Source: Candidatus Omnitrophota bacterium
GTDB taxonomy: Bacteria > Omnitrophota > Gorgyraeia > DTHP01
Assembly (NCBI GenBank): GCA_023819145.1
Contig: JAMWCW010000003.1
Span: 78,887 to 142,886, forward strand
Length of the DNA: 64,000 nucleotides
Direction of reading: 5' to 3'
Under the pieces are notes generated by a model that made no database searches, was not told the DNA's origin, and saw only the letters and a list, made by a program, of their open reading frames with translations. The translations under genes were made by a program, and so were the position numbers. Below, one piece after another: positions 30,780 to 40,839 of this stretch (its first letter is position 1; each line of letters starts with the position of its first letter).

Positions 30780-31508
30780 GTGGAGCAATTTTTTATAGAG
30801 AAAGAGAATATAAAAGGAGATTGTCTTTTTATAAGAGAGTCAGAGGCCCATCACCTAAAGGATGTTTTGAGATACAAAAAAGGAGGGATTTTAAATCTCT
30901 TTGATGGAGAAGGTGGGGTATATCGAGGAGAAATTTTAGAGTTAAGAGGGAAAGAAGTAAAGGTAAAAATATTAAATAAAAAATGCAAAGAGAAAAATCC
31001 ACCCTTTTTCCACTTAGTGCAAGCAATTCCCAAAAGAGAAAAGATGGATTTAGTTGTTGAGAAAGTTACAGAGTTAGGAGTTGAGGAAATCATTCCAGTA
31101 ATTACTGAAAGAACTGTAATTCTTCCTGATAGAGAAAAGGGGGAAAAGCTTCTTGAACGTTGGAGAAAAATTTCTCTTTCGGCAGTAAAACAATCAAAAA
31201 GACTTTTTTTACCCAAAATAAATGAGATTAAAGAATGGTCTCAAGTTTTTAAAGAAATACCCGCTTCAGCGAGTTTATTTATTCCTTCTTTAGAAGAAAA
31301 GGGAATAGCTTTTAAGGAGATTGATTGGGGGAAGCTTAGTAAAGATATTTATATCTTTATTGGTCCCGAAGGAGATTTCACAAAAAAAGAAATCCAGAAG
31401 GCAAAAGAAAAAGGAGCAATTCCTGTGAGTTTAGGAGAGGCGGTTTTAAGAAGCGAGACTGCGGCAATATATTTATTATCGGTTTTAAATTATGAACTGA
31501 AATCCTAA
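30780..31508 (+). CDS. rsmE: 16S rRNA (uracil1498-N3)-methyltransferase RsmE
   Basis: PUA-like N-terminus and SPOUT C-terminus (IFIGPEGDFT); GTG start. Confidence 0.75.
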   Translation: MEQFFIEKENIKGDCLFIRESEAHHLKDVLRYKKGGILNLFDGEGGVYRGEILELRGKEVKVKILNKKCKEKNPPFFHLVQAIPKREKMDLVVEKVTELGVEEIIPVITERTVILPDREKGEKLLERWRKISLSAVKQSKRLFLPKINEIKEWSQVFKEIPASASLFIPSLEEKGIAFKEIDWGKLSKDIYIFIGPEGDFTKKEIQKAKEKGAIPVSLGEAVLRSETAAIYLLSVLNYELKS

Positions 31509-31509
31509 G

Positions 31510-32598
31510 ATGAAAAAAAGGCGTATTGGAATATTAACCGGTGGAGGAGATTGTCCGGGAATAAATGCGGTAATCCGGGCAGTAGTAAAAACTGCCATAA
31601 ATAATTATGGATGGGAGATTATAGGCATTGAGGATGGTTATTTAGGTTTGATTGAAAACCGCATAAGAGTCCTCACTTATGATGATGTTTCAGGAATTTT
31701 GACTTTAGGAGGGACAATCTTGGGAACTTCTAATAAGACCAATCCCTTTGCTCAGCCTGTTAAATTTAAGAAAAGAGTTATTTTCCGTGACCTCTCCAAA
31801 CGCTGTATAGAGAATTTTAAAAAGATGCGCTTAGAATCGCTGGTCTGTATTGGCGGAGACGGAACCCTGAGGATTGCTTATAAATTTCTTGAGAAAGGGC
31901 TTCCGATAATTGGAATTCCTAAAACCATTGACAATGATGTTTGGAAAACAGACTTAACTTTTGGTTTTGATTCGGCAGTAATAACTGCAACCGAGGCAAT
32001 AGATAAGATCCATACTACCGCCCAGTCACATCACCGCGTAATGATTGTGGAAGTGATGGGAAGGTATGCAGGATGGCTTGCTTTATCATCAGGAATTGCT
32101 GCTGGGGGAGATATAATTTTAATTCCTGAAATTCCCTTTGAGATTGGTAAGATTTGTGAGAAAGTAAAAGAGAGAAATAAAAAAGGGAAGAGATTCAGTA
32201 TCATTGTGGTCGCAGAAGGAGCTCATCTTAAAGGGGGGAAGATGGTTGTGCAGAAAGTAGTAAAGGATAGTCCCGATCCCTTGAGATTAGGAGGAATAGG
32301 GAATTTATTGTCAGAGGAAATTGAAGAAAAAACAGGTATTGAATGCCGCGTGACTGTTTTGGGGCATCTTTTGAGAGGAGGGAGTCCATCTCCTTTTGAT
32401 AGAATTTTAGGCTCAAGGTTTGGAGAATATAGCATAAATTTGATTAAGGGATATAATTTTGGGCAAATGGTTGCTCTGCAAGGAAAAGAGGTGATTTCGG
32501 TGCCTTTAAAGGAGGCGGTGAGTCAGATTAAAAAAGTTCCTCTCGACCATCAATTAATTAAAGTTGCTCTTTCAGTAGGAACATATTTTGGGATTTAG
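31510..32598 (+). CDS. pfkA: 6-phosphofructokinase
   Basis: ILTGGGDCPGINAV and GGDGT motifs; 362 aa. Confidence 0.85.
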   Translation: MKKRRIGILTGGGDCPGINAVIRAVVKTAINNYGWEIIGIEDGYLGLIENRIRVLTYDDVSGILTLGGTILGTSNKTNPFAQPVKFKKRVIFRDLSKRCIENFKKMRLESLVCIGGDGTLRIAYKFLEKGLPIIGIPKTIDNDVWKTDLTFGFDSAVITATEAIDKIHTTAQSHHRVMIVEVMGRYAGWLALSSGIAAGGDIILIPEIPFEIGKICEKVKERNKKGKRFSIIVVAEGAHLKGGKMVVQKVVKDSPDPLRLGGIGNLLSEEIEEKTGIECRVTVLGHLLRGGSPSPFDRILGSRFGEYSINLIKGYNFGQMVALQGKEVISVPLKEAVSQIKKVPLDHQLIKVALSVGTYFGI

Positions 32599-33814
32599 GA
32601 ATTCGGATTTCGAATTTAAACTTATGAAGAGAAGCGTTAAATTTTATACTTTTGGCTGTAAGGCAAATCAGTATGATACGCAGGTTTTACGAGAAAAATT
32701 TCTTTCCCAAGGTTTTGTAGAAACAGATAATGGTTTTGCTGATGTGTATGTAGTAAATACCTGTGTAGTTACAAAAAGGGCAGAATCGGAGTGCCAAGTT
32801 TTGTTAAATAAATTAAAAAGAAAATTTCCTTATAAAGAGGTTATTCTTAAGGGATGCTTAAAGAGGCTTATAGAAAAAGAGCATAAGGATAAACGGTTCT
32901 CTAAGGACTTGGCAGAAGAAAAGATTACCTTTTTTGCAAAACACAAACGTGCATTTCTAAAAATTCAAGATGGATGTGATAATTTTTGTGCTTATTGCAT
33001 CGTTCCTTATGTAAGGGGAAAATCGACTAGTAAACCTAAGGAATTAGTCATCGAGGAGTTTAAGGGACTTTTGAGAAACGGCTACAAAGAGGTTGTTTTG
33101 ACGGGAATTTGTTTGGGGGATTACGGCAAGGATTTTTTGCCTCCCTCAACCCTTGTGGCATTACTGAAAGAATTAGAGTCTATAGAAGGAATTTTTCGTA
33201 TCCGTTTAAGTTCTCTTGATCCCCAGTATATCGATAATGAGCTGATTGATTTTTTGGCAAAATCTAAGAAAATTTGTCCTCATTTACATATTCCTTTTCA
33301 AAGCGGAGACGATTTTATTTTAAGAAAAATGAACCGTAAATATAGAAGCGATTTTGCTTATGATATAATAAAAAGAATAAGAAAGAAAATACCGGGGATA
33401 ATTTTTACTACTGATATTATGGTAGGTTTTCCTCAGGAAAAAGAAGAAAATTTTAGTAACACTTTAACACTTTTAGAATATTTAAAACCCCTTAAGATTC
33501 ACATTTTTAGATTCAGTCCGCGTCCAGGAACACCAGCGGAAAGTTTTCTTGGAAGAGTTAATTTAAAAGAGGAATTAGAAAGATTTAATTTGCTAAAAGA
33601 GTTGGATAAAAAATTTCGCGATTTTAATTTGAGAAAGTTTTTGAATAGAAAAATTTCTTTGCTTGTTGAAAGAAGAATTTCAAAGGGGGTATTTTCAGGG
33701 CACAGTGAGCATTACTTTAATGTGCTTCTAGAAGCTGAGGGAAAATTAATTGGTGAAATTGCTGAGGTAAAGGGAAAAGAAATCAAAGAAGATAGGCTTC
33801 TGTGTACTTTATAA
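32588..33814 (+). CDS. Radical-SAM tRNA methylthiotransferase (MtaB/MiaB family)
   Basis: MTTase N-terminal Cys triad, radical-SAM CAYCIVPY, C-terminal TRAM domain; the true start is probably MKRSVKF at about 32624. Confidence 0.8.
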   Translation: MGFRNSDFEFKLMKRSVKFYTFGCKANQYDTQVLREKFLSQGFVETDNGFADVYVVNTCVVTKRAESECQVLLNKLKRKFPYKEVILKGCLKRLIEKEHKDKRFSKDLAEEKITFFAKHKRAFLKIQDGCDNFCAYCIVPYVRGKSTSKPKELVIEEFKGLLRNGYKEVVLTGICLGDYGKDFLPPSTLVALLKELESIEGIFRIRLSSLDPQYIDNELIDFLAKSKKICPHLHIPFQSGDDFILRKMNRKYRSDFAYDIIKRIRKKIPGIIFTTDIMVGFPQEKEENFSNTLTLLEYLKPLKIHIFRFSPRPGTPAESFLGRVNLKEELERFNLLKELDKKFRDFNLRKFLNRKISLLVERRISKGVFSGHSEHYFNVLLEAEGKLIGEIAEVKGKEIKEDRLLCTL

Positions 33815-33885
33815 AGTATAGGCTACTTTTGGTAAGTTGGTGTATTTAAGTGGTTTATGTGCCAAATTTTTAAGAAGTGCTTACC

Positions 33886-33914
33886 TTGACAAAAAGGGTA
33901 TTGTGTGTTATAAT
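33886..33914 (+). promoter_or_regulatory. Near-consensus sigma70 promoter: TTGACA-N17-TATAAT with a TGn extended -10
   Basis: TTGACA 33886-33891, 17-nt spacer, TGTTATAAT 33906-33914; GGGAG RBS and TTG start of cvpA 17 nt downstream. Confidence 0.55.
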
Positions 33915-33930
33915 TAGAAGGGAGTAGAGA

Positions 33931-34446
33931 TTGTTTCCCAATTTATTAAAGGAATTCAACTGGGTTGATGCAGTTGTTTTAATCTTTATTATTCGCGGGA
34001 TTTTTCGAGGAGCAAAGAATGGGTTTGTCCTTGAGGTCCTGAGTTTAAGCGGTTGGTGTGTTGCTTTATATTTGGCGCTTAAGTTTTATAAAACAATAGC
34101 CTCTACCCTTCATGAACGCACAGAAATTCCCCTTGTGCTGAATGAAGTTTTTATCTTTGGAGGAATTATTATAACCACCATATTACTGGCTAATTTTTTA
34201 GGGCAGATTCTTAAGCGCATAGTAAGGATAAAAGTTGTTGAGAGAATAAGTTTCTATGGTGGAGCGATTTTTGGAGTTTTAAAGGCTTGCGTAATTTTAA
34301 GTGCTCTTTTTTATTTCTTAGGAATCTTGGGTATTTCTTACATTAATAAATCTATACAAGAGAGGTCATTAAGTGGTAGAGCAATTACAAAGTTAGCCAG
34401 TGTTGTTTATCGGAATTTAGGAGCAGTTATAGCGGAAAGTAAATAG
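33931..34446 (+). CDS. cvpA: CvpA-family membrane protein (colicin V production protein)
   Basis: 171 aa, four TM helices, CvpA-like N-terminal FNWVD(A/I)xx motif. Confidence 0.65.
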   Translation: MFPNLLKEFNWVDAVVLIFIIRGIFRGAKNGFVLEVLSLSGWCVALYLALKFYKTIASTLHERTEIPLVLNEVFIFGGIIITTILLANFLGQILKRIVRIKVVERISFYGGAIFGVLKACVILSALFYFLGILGISYINKSIQERSLSGRAITKLASVVYRNLGAVIAESK

Positions 34447-34456
34447 GAGGTGAAAA

Positions 34457-35413
34457 TTGAAACTAAAAACACTATATGAATCGGTGGTAAGAGAGGGAAT
34501 AGAACTTGACCCGCGAGGAAAGGAGAAGGTTCTTAAGACCTTGGAACGGGCAAAAAAGGAATACTCCTCTTTAAAAGAAGAAGAGAAAAAAAAGTTTGAT
34601 TTAGAAAAATTGCGTAATCCTTATTCAGATACAAGAATATTAAACGGAGACCCCGAGCGAGAAGTAAAAACTATCCTTGCAGGAATAGATATGGAAGTAA
34701 GCGAGGTTTTACTTGCGGATAGGTTGAAAGAAAGAGGAAAGAAAATAGATTTGATTATGTCTCATCACCCTGAAGGTCGTGCTTTAGCAGGATTCTACGA
34801 AGTTATGCGGATGCAGGCAGATATTTTGAATAAAATGGGTGTTCCTATTACCGTTGCTGAAGGACTCTTAGGGGAAAGAATTAAAGAAGTGGAGAGAAAG
34901 GTTCTTCCCTTAAATCACACCAGAGCGGTAGATGCTGCGAAGTTGTTGAATTTAGCATTTATCTGTGTACATACTCCTGCGGATAACTGTGTTACAAGTT
35001 TCTTGCAAAAATTGATAGATAAGAAAAAACCGGAGTTTTTAGGTGATATAGTGGAGATACTTCTGGAAATCCCTGAGTATAAATTAGCAGAAGCAAACAA
35101 TGCTGGTCCACAGATTCTTATCGGAGATAGAAATAAGAGAACCGGGAAGATTTTTGTAGAGATGACCGGTGGGACTGAGGGTTCAAAAGATATTTTTAGC
35201 AGACTTGCCCAGGCAGGAGTAGGAACGATTGTTGCTATGCATCTTTCTGAGGAACATTTTAATAAGGCAAAAAGTGAACATATAAATGTAGTTATTGCCG
35301 GCCATATTGCTTCGGATTCGTTGGGATTAAATCTGATTTTGGATGTTTTAGAGAAAGGTGAAAGAATGGAAGTGATTACCTGTTCGGGTTTTCAGAGAGT
35401 AAAACATAGCTAA
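34457..35413 (+). CDS. Nif3-family (YqfO-like) dinuclear metal-centre protein
   Basis: DLIMSHHP and AGHxxSD motifs in two halves; sits upstream of dnaG-rpoD as yqfO does in Bacillus. Family assignment is moderate. Confidence 0.5.
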   Translation: MKLKTLYESVVREGIELDPRGKEKVLKTLERAKKEYSSLKEEEKKKFDLEKLRNPYSDTRILNGDPEREVKTILAGIDMEVSEVLLADRLKERGKKIDLIMSHHPEGRALAGFYEVMRMQADILNKMGVPITVAEGLLGERIKEVERKVLPLNHTRAVDAAKLLNLAFICVHTPADNCVTSFLQKLIDKKKPEFLGDIVEILLEIPEYKLAEANNAGPQILIGDRNKRTGKIFVEMTGGTEGSKDIFSRLAQAGVGTIVAMHLSEEHFNKAKSEHINVVIAGHIASDSLGLNLILDVLEKGERMEVITCSGFQRVKHS

Positions 35414-35472
35414 AGATTATAAATACGCAGATTAAGATTTTTTCATAAAAAGGTAAACAAATTTACAACATT

Positions 35473-37245
35473 ATGGCAGGTTTTATTGGGGATAATGTGA
35501 TTGATGAAATCCTTTCAAGGGTTGATATAGTAGAGTTTATTTCTTCTTACTTTCCTTTGAAGAAAACGGGGAGAAACTTTAAGACAATTTGTCCTTTTCA
35601 TAAGGAAAAAACACCCTCTTTTATTGTAAGTCCAGATAAGCAGATTTTTCATTGTTTCGGTTGTAATGAGGGAGGAAATGCAATACACTTTTTGATGCGT
35701 TATGAACATTTAGAGTTTCCTGAGGCAGTAAAAATCCTAGCTAAACGGGCAGGAGTGGTTATTCCCGAAATCAGGAAGGAATCTAAAGGAGTTCTTGATG
35801 TATATAAGATAAACAATTTAGCAATGCAGTTTTATCACAATATTTTGCTTAATTCTTCTCAAAGCGAAGGGATAAGAAAGTATCTTTCAAAGAGGGGTTT
35901 GGAAAAAGCGACGTGGGAGAAGTTTAAATTAGGTTTTGCTCCAACAGAGGGAAATATTTTGAGAAATTTCCTAAAAAATAAAGGAGTAGCTATGGATTTA
36001 GCAGAGAGGACAGGTTTGATTGTTCATAGAATAGAAAAAGATGGCTACTTCGATTTCTTTCACGGAAGAATTATCTTCCCCATATTTGATATCCGACAAA
36101 GGGTTATTGGCTTTGGAGGAAGAATTCTCGATGATTCTTTGCCGAAATATATCAATACTCCCGAGACAATTGCCTATAAGAAGGGAGAAAATCTCTATGG
36201 GTTAAATTTTACGCGCGAATCAATTCGTGAAAAGGGTGTGGTGATTATTGTAGAAGGATACATGGATTTAATTTCTCTTTATCAAGCAGGGGTAAACAAC
36301 GTTGTTGCTACCTTAGGAACCGCTTTGACTCCAGAGCAGGCACGTTTGATAAAAAGACATACCTCTTCGGTAGTTATTGTTTATGATGGAGACAAAGCTG
36401 GTGAATCTGCTTCCTTGAGAGGGATAGAAGTTTTATTAGAGAGTGGTTTAGAGGTAAGGTTGGTAGCGCTACCTCAGGGTTTTGACCCTGATAGTTTCGT
36501 GCGTTTGAAAGGGAAAGATAATTTTAATAGACTACTTAAAGAAGCAAAAAATATTCTTGAGTATAAGCTACAAACTTTGACACCTCATTATGATATTCGA
36601 AAAATAGAAGATAAGGTTAAGTTGATTAAAGAGATACTACCGACACTGTCTAAAATAGAGAATAAAATAATGCTTTCAGAATTTGTTAAACAATTGGCAG
36701 ACAAACTTTCTGTTTCTGAGGAAAGTGTTTGGATTGAGTTTAAGAAGATTTGTTCTAAGAATAAAAATTTTGAACAGAAGGGTTTTTCTTTGCCAGAGAC
36801 AAACACCGTAATTCCTTCTATCCGAGAGGCAGAGATAACGCTTTTAAAAATTATGCTCAAAGATAAATCCTTAATCAAGGAAGCAAAAGCACTTTTGGGT
36901 GAGGAAGAGTTTCTTAGCCCACAAATAAAAAATATCATAGGTTTACTTTATACTCTTGCGGAAGAAAATAAGCCTATAGAGCCAGCAAGAGTTGTAAATT
37001 ATCTTGGTGAAGTTTCTGCAAATAAGGTGTTTACGCGTTTATTGGTAGAAGAAGATTTTGGAGAAGCAGAACAGAAATTTGATACCGTTTTTTCCGATTG
37101 TGTAAAGAAGTTAAAAGAAGACAACCGTCGGAAAATTTGTTTAAGGCTTAAGGAAGAAATAAGCGATGCTCAGAAGAAAGGTGACACGGAGCGCATTGAG
37201 GAATTGCTTAAAGAATTTAATGCCTTAGCACGACAGAGGGATTGA
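35473..37245 (+). CDS. dnaG: DNA primase
   Basis: Zinc-binding domain ([11 protein letters not shown]...HCFGC), TOPRIM domain (EGYMD...DGDKAG); 590 aa. Confidence 0.9.
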   Translation: MAGFIGDNVIDEILSRVDIVEFISSYFPLKKTGRNFKTICPFHKEKTPSFIVSPDKQIFHCFGCNEGGNAIHFLMRYEHLEFPEAVKILAKRAGVVIPEIRKESKGVLDVYKINNLAMQFYHNILLNSSQSEGIRKYLSKRGLEKATWEKFKLGFAPTEGNILRNFLKNKGVAMDLAERTGLIVHRIEKDGYFDFFHGRIIFPIFDIRQRVIGFGGRILDDSLPKYINTPETIAYKKGENLYGLNFTRESIREKGVVIIVEGYMDLISLYQAGVNNVVATLGTALTPEQARLIKRHTSSVVIVYDGDKAGESASLRGIEVLLESGLEVRLVALPQGFDPDSFVRLKGKDNFNRLLKEAKNILEYKLQTLTPHYDIRKIEDKVKLIKEILPTLSKIENKIMLSEFVKQLADKLSVSEESVWIEFKKICSKNKNFEQKGFSLPETNTVIPSIREAEITLLKIMLKDKSLIKEAKALLGEEEFLSPQIKNIIGLLYTLAEENKPIEPARVVNYLGEVSANKVFTRLLVEEDFGEAEQKFDTVFSDCVKKLKEDNRRKICLRLKEEISDAQKKGDTERIEELLKEFNALARQRD

Positions 37246-37246
37246 G

Positions 37247-38818
37247 ATGAAAGAGTATAGTTTAAAACAAACAAGATCGGAAAACATACGCAAGCTTCTC
37301 AGTTTAGGTAAAGATAAGGGGTATCTTACCTACGATGAGGTAAACGATATTATCCCTGAGGATGTAGTTTCTTCTGAGGAAATAGATGAGATCTTGCGTA
37401 TTCTGGGAAATGAGAATATTGAGATAGTCGACTCGGTGAAAGAAATAAAACCCGTTTCCTTGCCTGAGGAAGAAGTAGAAACGGTAGAAGAAGGCGAGCC
37501 TCTCCCTGAGGTATTCCCGATGGAGGACCCCGTGAGGATGTATCTTAGGCAGATGGGGCAAATTCCTCTTCTTACCCGTGAAGAAGAGATTTCTTTGGCT
37601 AAAAGGATTGAGGAGGGGGAGAAAATTTATCGTCAGGCAGTTCTAGATTCAAGAGTTGCCAAGAAGCTTATATTGGAAATTATTGATGAAATTTTGGGAG
37701 GGAAACTCAATTTAGAAGAGTTTATAGATGAAGAACCTTCTATGGCGCGAGAAGATACGATTAAACGTCTTGAGAAACTTGCTAAGAAATTGAAACAGAC
37801 ACGCGAAAGAGATAAGATTATTAAGATCGTTAACCAATTTCTTCTTACCCCCTCTGCGATTGAGGAAACTGCGAAAAGGATGAAACTACTCTGTGACGAG
37901 ATAGAAAAAATAAATCGCAAAATTTACAATTTCAGAAAAAAACGCAAACGTACAATAACTGCTCTCTTGATGCGCGAGAAGAAAAAAATTGAACTTATCT
38001 TTGGTGAGTCCTATGAGAGAATTAAAGAACGGATGGTAGACATCAAGAAAAAAGAATTGCGCTATCTAAGAGCAAAGAGGGCATTAGTAGAGGCAAACCT
38101 TCGTCTGGTAGTGAGTATTGCTAAAAAATACACCAACAAAGGATTGTCTTTCTTGGACCTCATTCAAGAAGGAAACATTGGCTTGATGCGAGCGGTGGAT
38201 AAATTTGAATATCGTCGAGGATATAAATTCTCTACCTATGCCACGTGGTGGATTCGCCAGGCGATTACTAGGGCAATTGCTGATCAATCGCGGACAATTA
38301 GGATACCAGTGCATATGACGGAAACAATTAATAAGCTTATTCGCGTCTCTCGGAATATCGTGCAGGAAAAAGGAAGGGAGCCTACCGCTGAAGAGATTGC
38401 TAAAGAGATGAAGATGCCTGTGGATAGGGTAAGAGGGATATTGAAAATTGCGCAGGAACCCATTTCATTACAGACACCAGTTGGCGATGAAGGAGATACG
38501 CATTTTGGAGACTTTATTGAGGATAAAACCGCAGTATCTCCCGCAAATGCTACTGCCTACTCTTTGCTTAAAGAGCAGTTAGAATCCGTGCTTGATACCC
38601 TTACGGATAAAGAGAAAAGGGTGCTTAAATATCGTTTTGGAATTGGTGATGGCTGTCCGCGAACCTTAGAGGAGGTCGGAGCGCTTTTTAGGGTTACCCG
38701 TGAACGGGTGCGTCAGATTGAGGCGAAGGCATTGCGCAAGCTCCGCCATCCTATACGCAGTAGAAGGTTAAAGAATTTTATAGATATGGTCCTTTCCCAG
38801 CAGAAGCAGACCTTATGA
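37247..38818 (+). CDS. rpoD: RNA polymerase sigma factor RpoD (sigma70/SigA)
   Basis: Regions 1.2 to 4 are present ([11 protein letters not shown]; region 2 [21 protein letters not shown]...[13 protein letters not shown]; region 4 TLEEVG); 523 aa. Confidence 0.9.
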   Translation: MKEYSLKQTRSENIRKLLSLGKDKGYLTYDEVNDIIPEDVVSSEEIDEILRILGNENIEIVDSVKEIKPVSLPEEEVETVEEGEPLPEVFPMEDPVRMYLRQMGQIPLLTREEEISLAKRIEEGEKIYRQAVLDSRVAKKLILEIIDEILGGKLNLEEFIDEEPSMAREDTIKRLEKLAKKLKQTRERDKIIKIVNQFLLTPSAIEETAKRMKLLCDEIEKINRKIYNFRKKRKRTITALLMREKKKIELIFGESYERIKERMVDIKKKELRYLRAKRALVEANLRLVVSIAKKYTNKGLSFLDLIQEGNIGLMRAVDKFEYRRGYKFSTYATWWIRQAITRAIADQSRTIRIPVHMTETINKLIRVSRNIVQEKGREPTAEEIAKEMKMPVDRVRGILKIAQEPISLQTPVGDEGDTHFGDFIEDKTAVSPANATAYSLLKEQLESVLDTLTDKEKRVLKYRFGIGDGCPRTLEEVGALFRVTRERVRQIEAKALRKLRHPIRSRRLKNFIDMVLSQQKQTL

Positions 38819-38836
38819 ATTAGGTTAATATAAGCA

Positions 38837-38959
38837 ATGCGTTGGATATTGATGTTGTTGATTTTTTTGGTATTGAGCGGTTGTAGTAGGGGAAAATTTT
38901 CTATGCAGGATGGTTCAGCAAAATTTTCCTTTCCCTTTGAGCTTCCTAAGAAAGAGTAA
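38837..38959 (+). CDS. Possible 40-aa lipoprotein (MRWILMLLIFLVLSGCSRGK...), not in the ORF track
   Basis: Signal peptide with an LSGC lipobox; its stop overlaps the ATG of the next gene (TAATG). Confidence 0.2.
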   Translation: MRWILMLLIFLVLSGCSRGKFSMQDGSAKFSFPFELPKKE

Positions 38960-39462
38960 TGAAGAATAAAAGAGGGAAAATGCAGGTATTAGTAGTGTAT
39001 TATTCAAGGACGGGTAATACTAAGCGTTTAGCAGAGGAGATTGCAAAGGGCGTTAGAGAAGTAGAAGGTGTAGACTGCTTGTTAAAAGAGATTTCCCAAG
39101 TAACAAAAGAAGATTTTCTTAATTCTCAAGGAATTATTGCAGGTTCTCCTGTTTATTTTGGGACGATGGCAGGGGAGTTAAAAGAAATTTTTGATAAATT
39201 TGTAGGCATAAGAAGTAAGATGGAGAACAAAATAGGTGCAGCCTTTACTACCAGTGGAGACCAAGCCGGAGGAAAAGAAACTACCTTAATGTCCATAATT
39301 CAGGCAATGCTTATTTATGGAATGATTATTGTGGGTGATCCTTTGGATGCTACAGGACACTATGGAGTTTCTTGTTGCGGAAGTCCTGATAAAGAAACAT
39401 TAGATAATGCAATAAAATTGGGAAGAAGAGTTGCAACTTTAGTGGGAAAATTATATTCTTAA
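38959..39462 (+). CDS. Flavodoxin-like fold protein (WrbA/NAD(P)H:quinone oxidoreductase-like)
   Basis: VVYYSRTGNT FMN-binding N-terminus, SPVYFG motif; 167 aa. Confidence 0.6.
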   Translation: MKNKRGKMQVLVVYYSRTGNTKRLAEEIAKGVREVEGVDCLLKEISQVTKEDFLNSQGIIAGSPVYFGTMAGELKEIFDKFVGIRSKMENKIGAAFTTSGDQAGGKETTLMSIIQAMLIYGMIIVGDPLDATGHYGVSCCGSPDKETLDNAIKLGRRVATLVGKLYS

Positions 39463-39498
39463 TTAATAAGGTCATAAAGCATAAAGAAGGAGAGCGAA

Positions 39499-40464
39499 AT
39501 GGCAGTAAAAGAGTTAGTTTTAGAGAAATTGGATGTGAATAAATTTATTGAAGAAAAGGTAAAAGAGATTAAAGAAACTGTAGGTAAAGAGATTGCTATA
39601 AACGCTTTATCAGGTGGGGTAGATTCTTCAGTAGTTACCATGCTTGGGTTCAAGGCCCTTGGAGAACGTCTTAAAACATATTTTATAGAGAATGGACTAA
39701 TGCGTGAGGGAGAGTCAGAGAAGGTAGTGTCTCTCTTTAAGCGCTTAGGGGTTCCAGTAGAGATTATAGACGCACGTAAAGAATTTTTTTCTGCTTTAAA
39801 GGGAATAACTGATCCTGAGGAGAAGCGCGAGGCCATTACCAGAGCATTCTATCGTGATGTTTTTGTAAAGTTGGTGAAAAAAACAGGAGCAAAGTTTCTT
39901 CTGCATGGAACAATTTATACGGATATTGAGGAAACGGTAGCGGGGATAAAAAGACAGCACAACATATTAGAACAATTGGGCATAGATACCGAAGAACAAT
40001 TTGGTTACAGAGTTATTGAACCGCTTTTACAATTGCGTAAACCTGCGGTGCGAGAAGTTGCTCGAGCTTTGGGTTTGCCGGAGGAAATATACAAAAGACC
40101 TCCTTTTCCCGGTCCTGCCCTCTCTGCGAGAGTGATTGGAGAAGTTACCCCCGAGAAAATTAATTTAGTAAGAAAGTCAACAAAAATTGTTGAGGAAGAA
40201 CTTTCTGAGGTAGGAGCTTTTCAGTATTTGGCAGTTTTACATGAAGATAAAGTTACGGGGATAAAAAACGGAAAAAGAGAGTTTGGTTACCAGATTGAAG
40301 TAAGGTGTTGGGATAGTAAAGATGCGGTAACCGCTTCACCTACGGAACTTTCTTATGAAATATTATTTAGGCTAGCAGAGAAAATTACTGAAGCGATTCC
40401 TCAAGTAGTAAGTGTAACTTATAATATAACTTCTAAACCTCCTTCTACCATAGAAGTGGTTTAG
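39499..40464 (+). CDS. GMP synthase PP-loop ATP-pyrophosphatase subunit (GuaA subunit B-like), stand-alone
   Basis: SGGVDSSV PP-loop, FIENGLMREGE, DPEEKREAI, LHGTIYTDIEE, FPGPALSARVIGEVT; these match the GuaA C-terminal domain. No glutamine amidotransferase subunit is adjacent. Confidence 0.65.
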   Translation: MAVKELVLEKLDVNKFIEEKVKEIKETVGKEIAINALSGGVDSSVVTMLGFKALGERLKTYFIENGLMREGESEKVVSLFKRLGVPVEIIDARKEFFSALKGITDPEEKREAITRAFYRDVFVKLVKKTGAKFLLHGTIYTDIEETVAGIKRQHNILEQLGIDTEEQFGYRVIEPLLQLRKPAVREVARALGLPEEIYKRPPFPGPALSARVIGEVTPEKINLVRKSTKIVEEELSEVGAFQYLAVLHEDKVTGIKNGKREFGYQIEVRCWDSKDAVTASPTELSYEILFRLAEKITEAIPQVVSVTYNITSKPPSTIEVV

Positions 40465-40471
40465 GTTAAAG

Positions 40472-40675
40472 ATGAGCGATATTTTTAAGATTTTATTGAT
40501 TCTTTTTATGCTCCTTTTTCTTCTTCCGTCGTTTATTCGCTTAGCAGGTAATTTCTTTGAGCATTTGGTTTTCGGTAATATGACAAAGACTGAGTTCCTA
40601 GAACATTTTCGCGAGTTTAGTTATGGCCCTACTTTAGATTTCTATAAGGATTTATTCTATAAACTAGCCCACTAG
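40472..40675 (+). CDS. Small hypothetical membrane protein
   Basis: 67 aa, one TM helix, no motifs. Confidence 0.15.
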   Translation: MSDIFKILLILFMLLFLLPSFIRLAGNFFEHLVFGNMTKTEFLEHFREFSYGPTLDFYKDLFYKLAH

Positions 40676-40839
40676 AATTAGGCTTCTGTTTCCCAAATAT
40701 CAACGGAGCCTCTTTCAAGATTACCTTTCCTAAAGAATATCTTTCCTACCTTGACAAAACATTCGATATAAGCCATATCTTATATGTAAGAATGTCTGAG
40801 AATTTTTTCCGATTTAAAATGAATCTTTCGTGATTTAGG

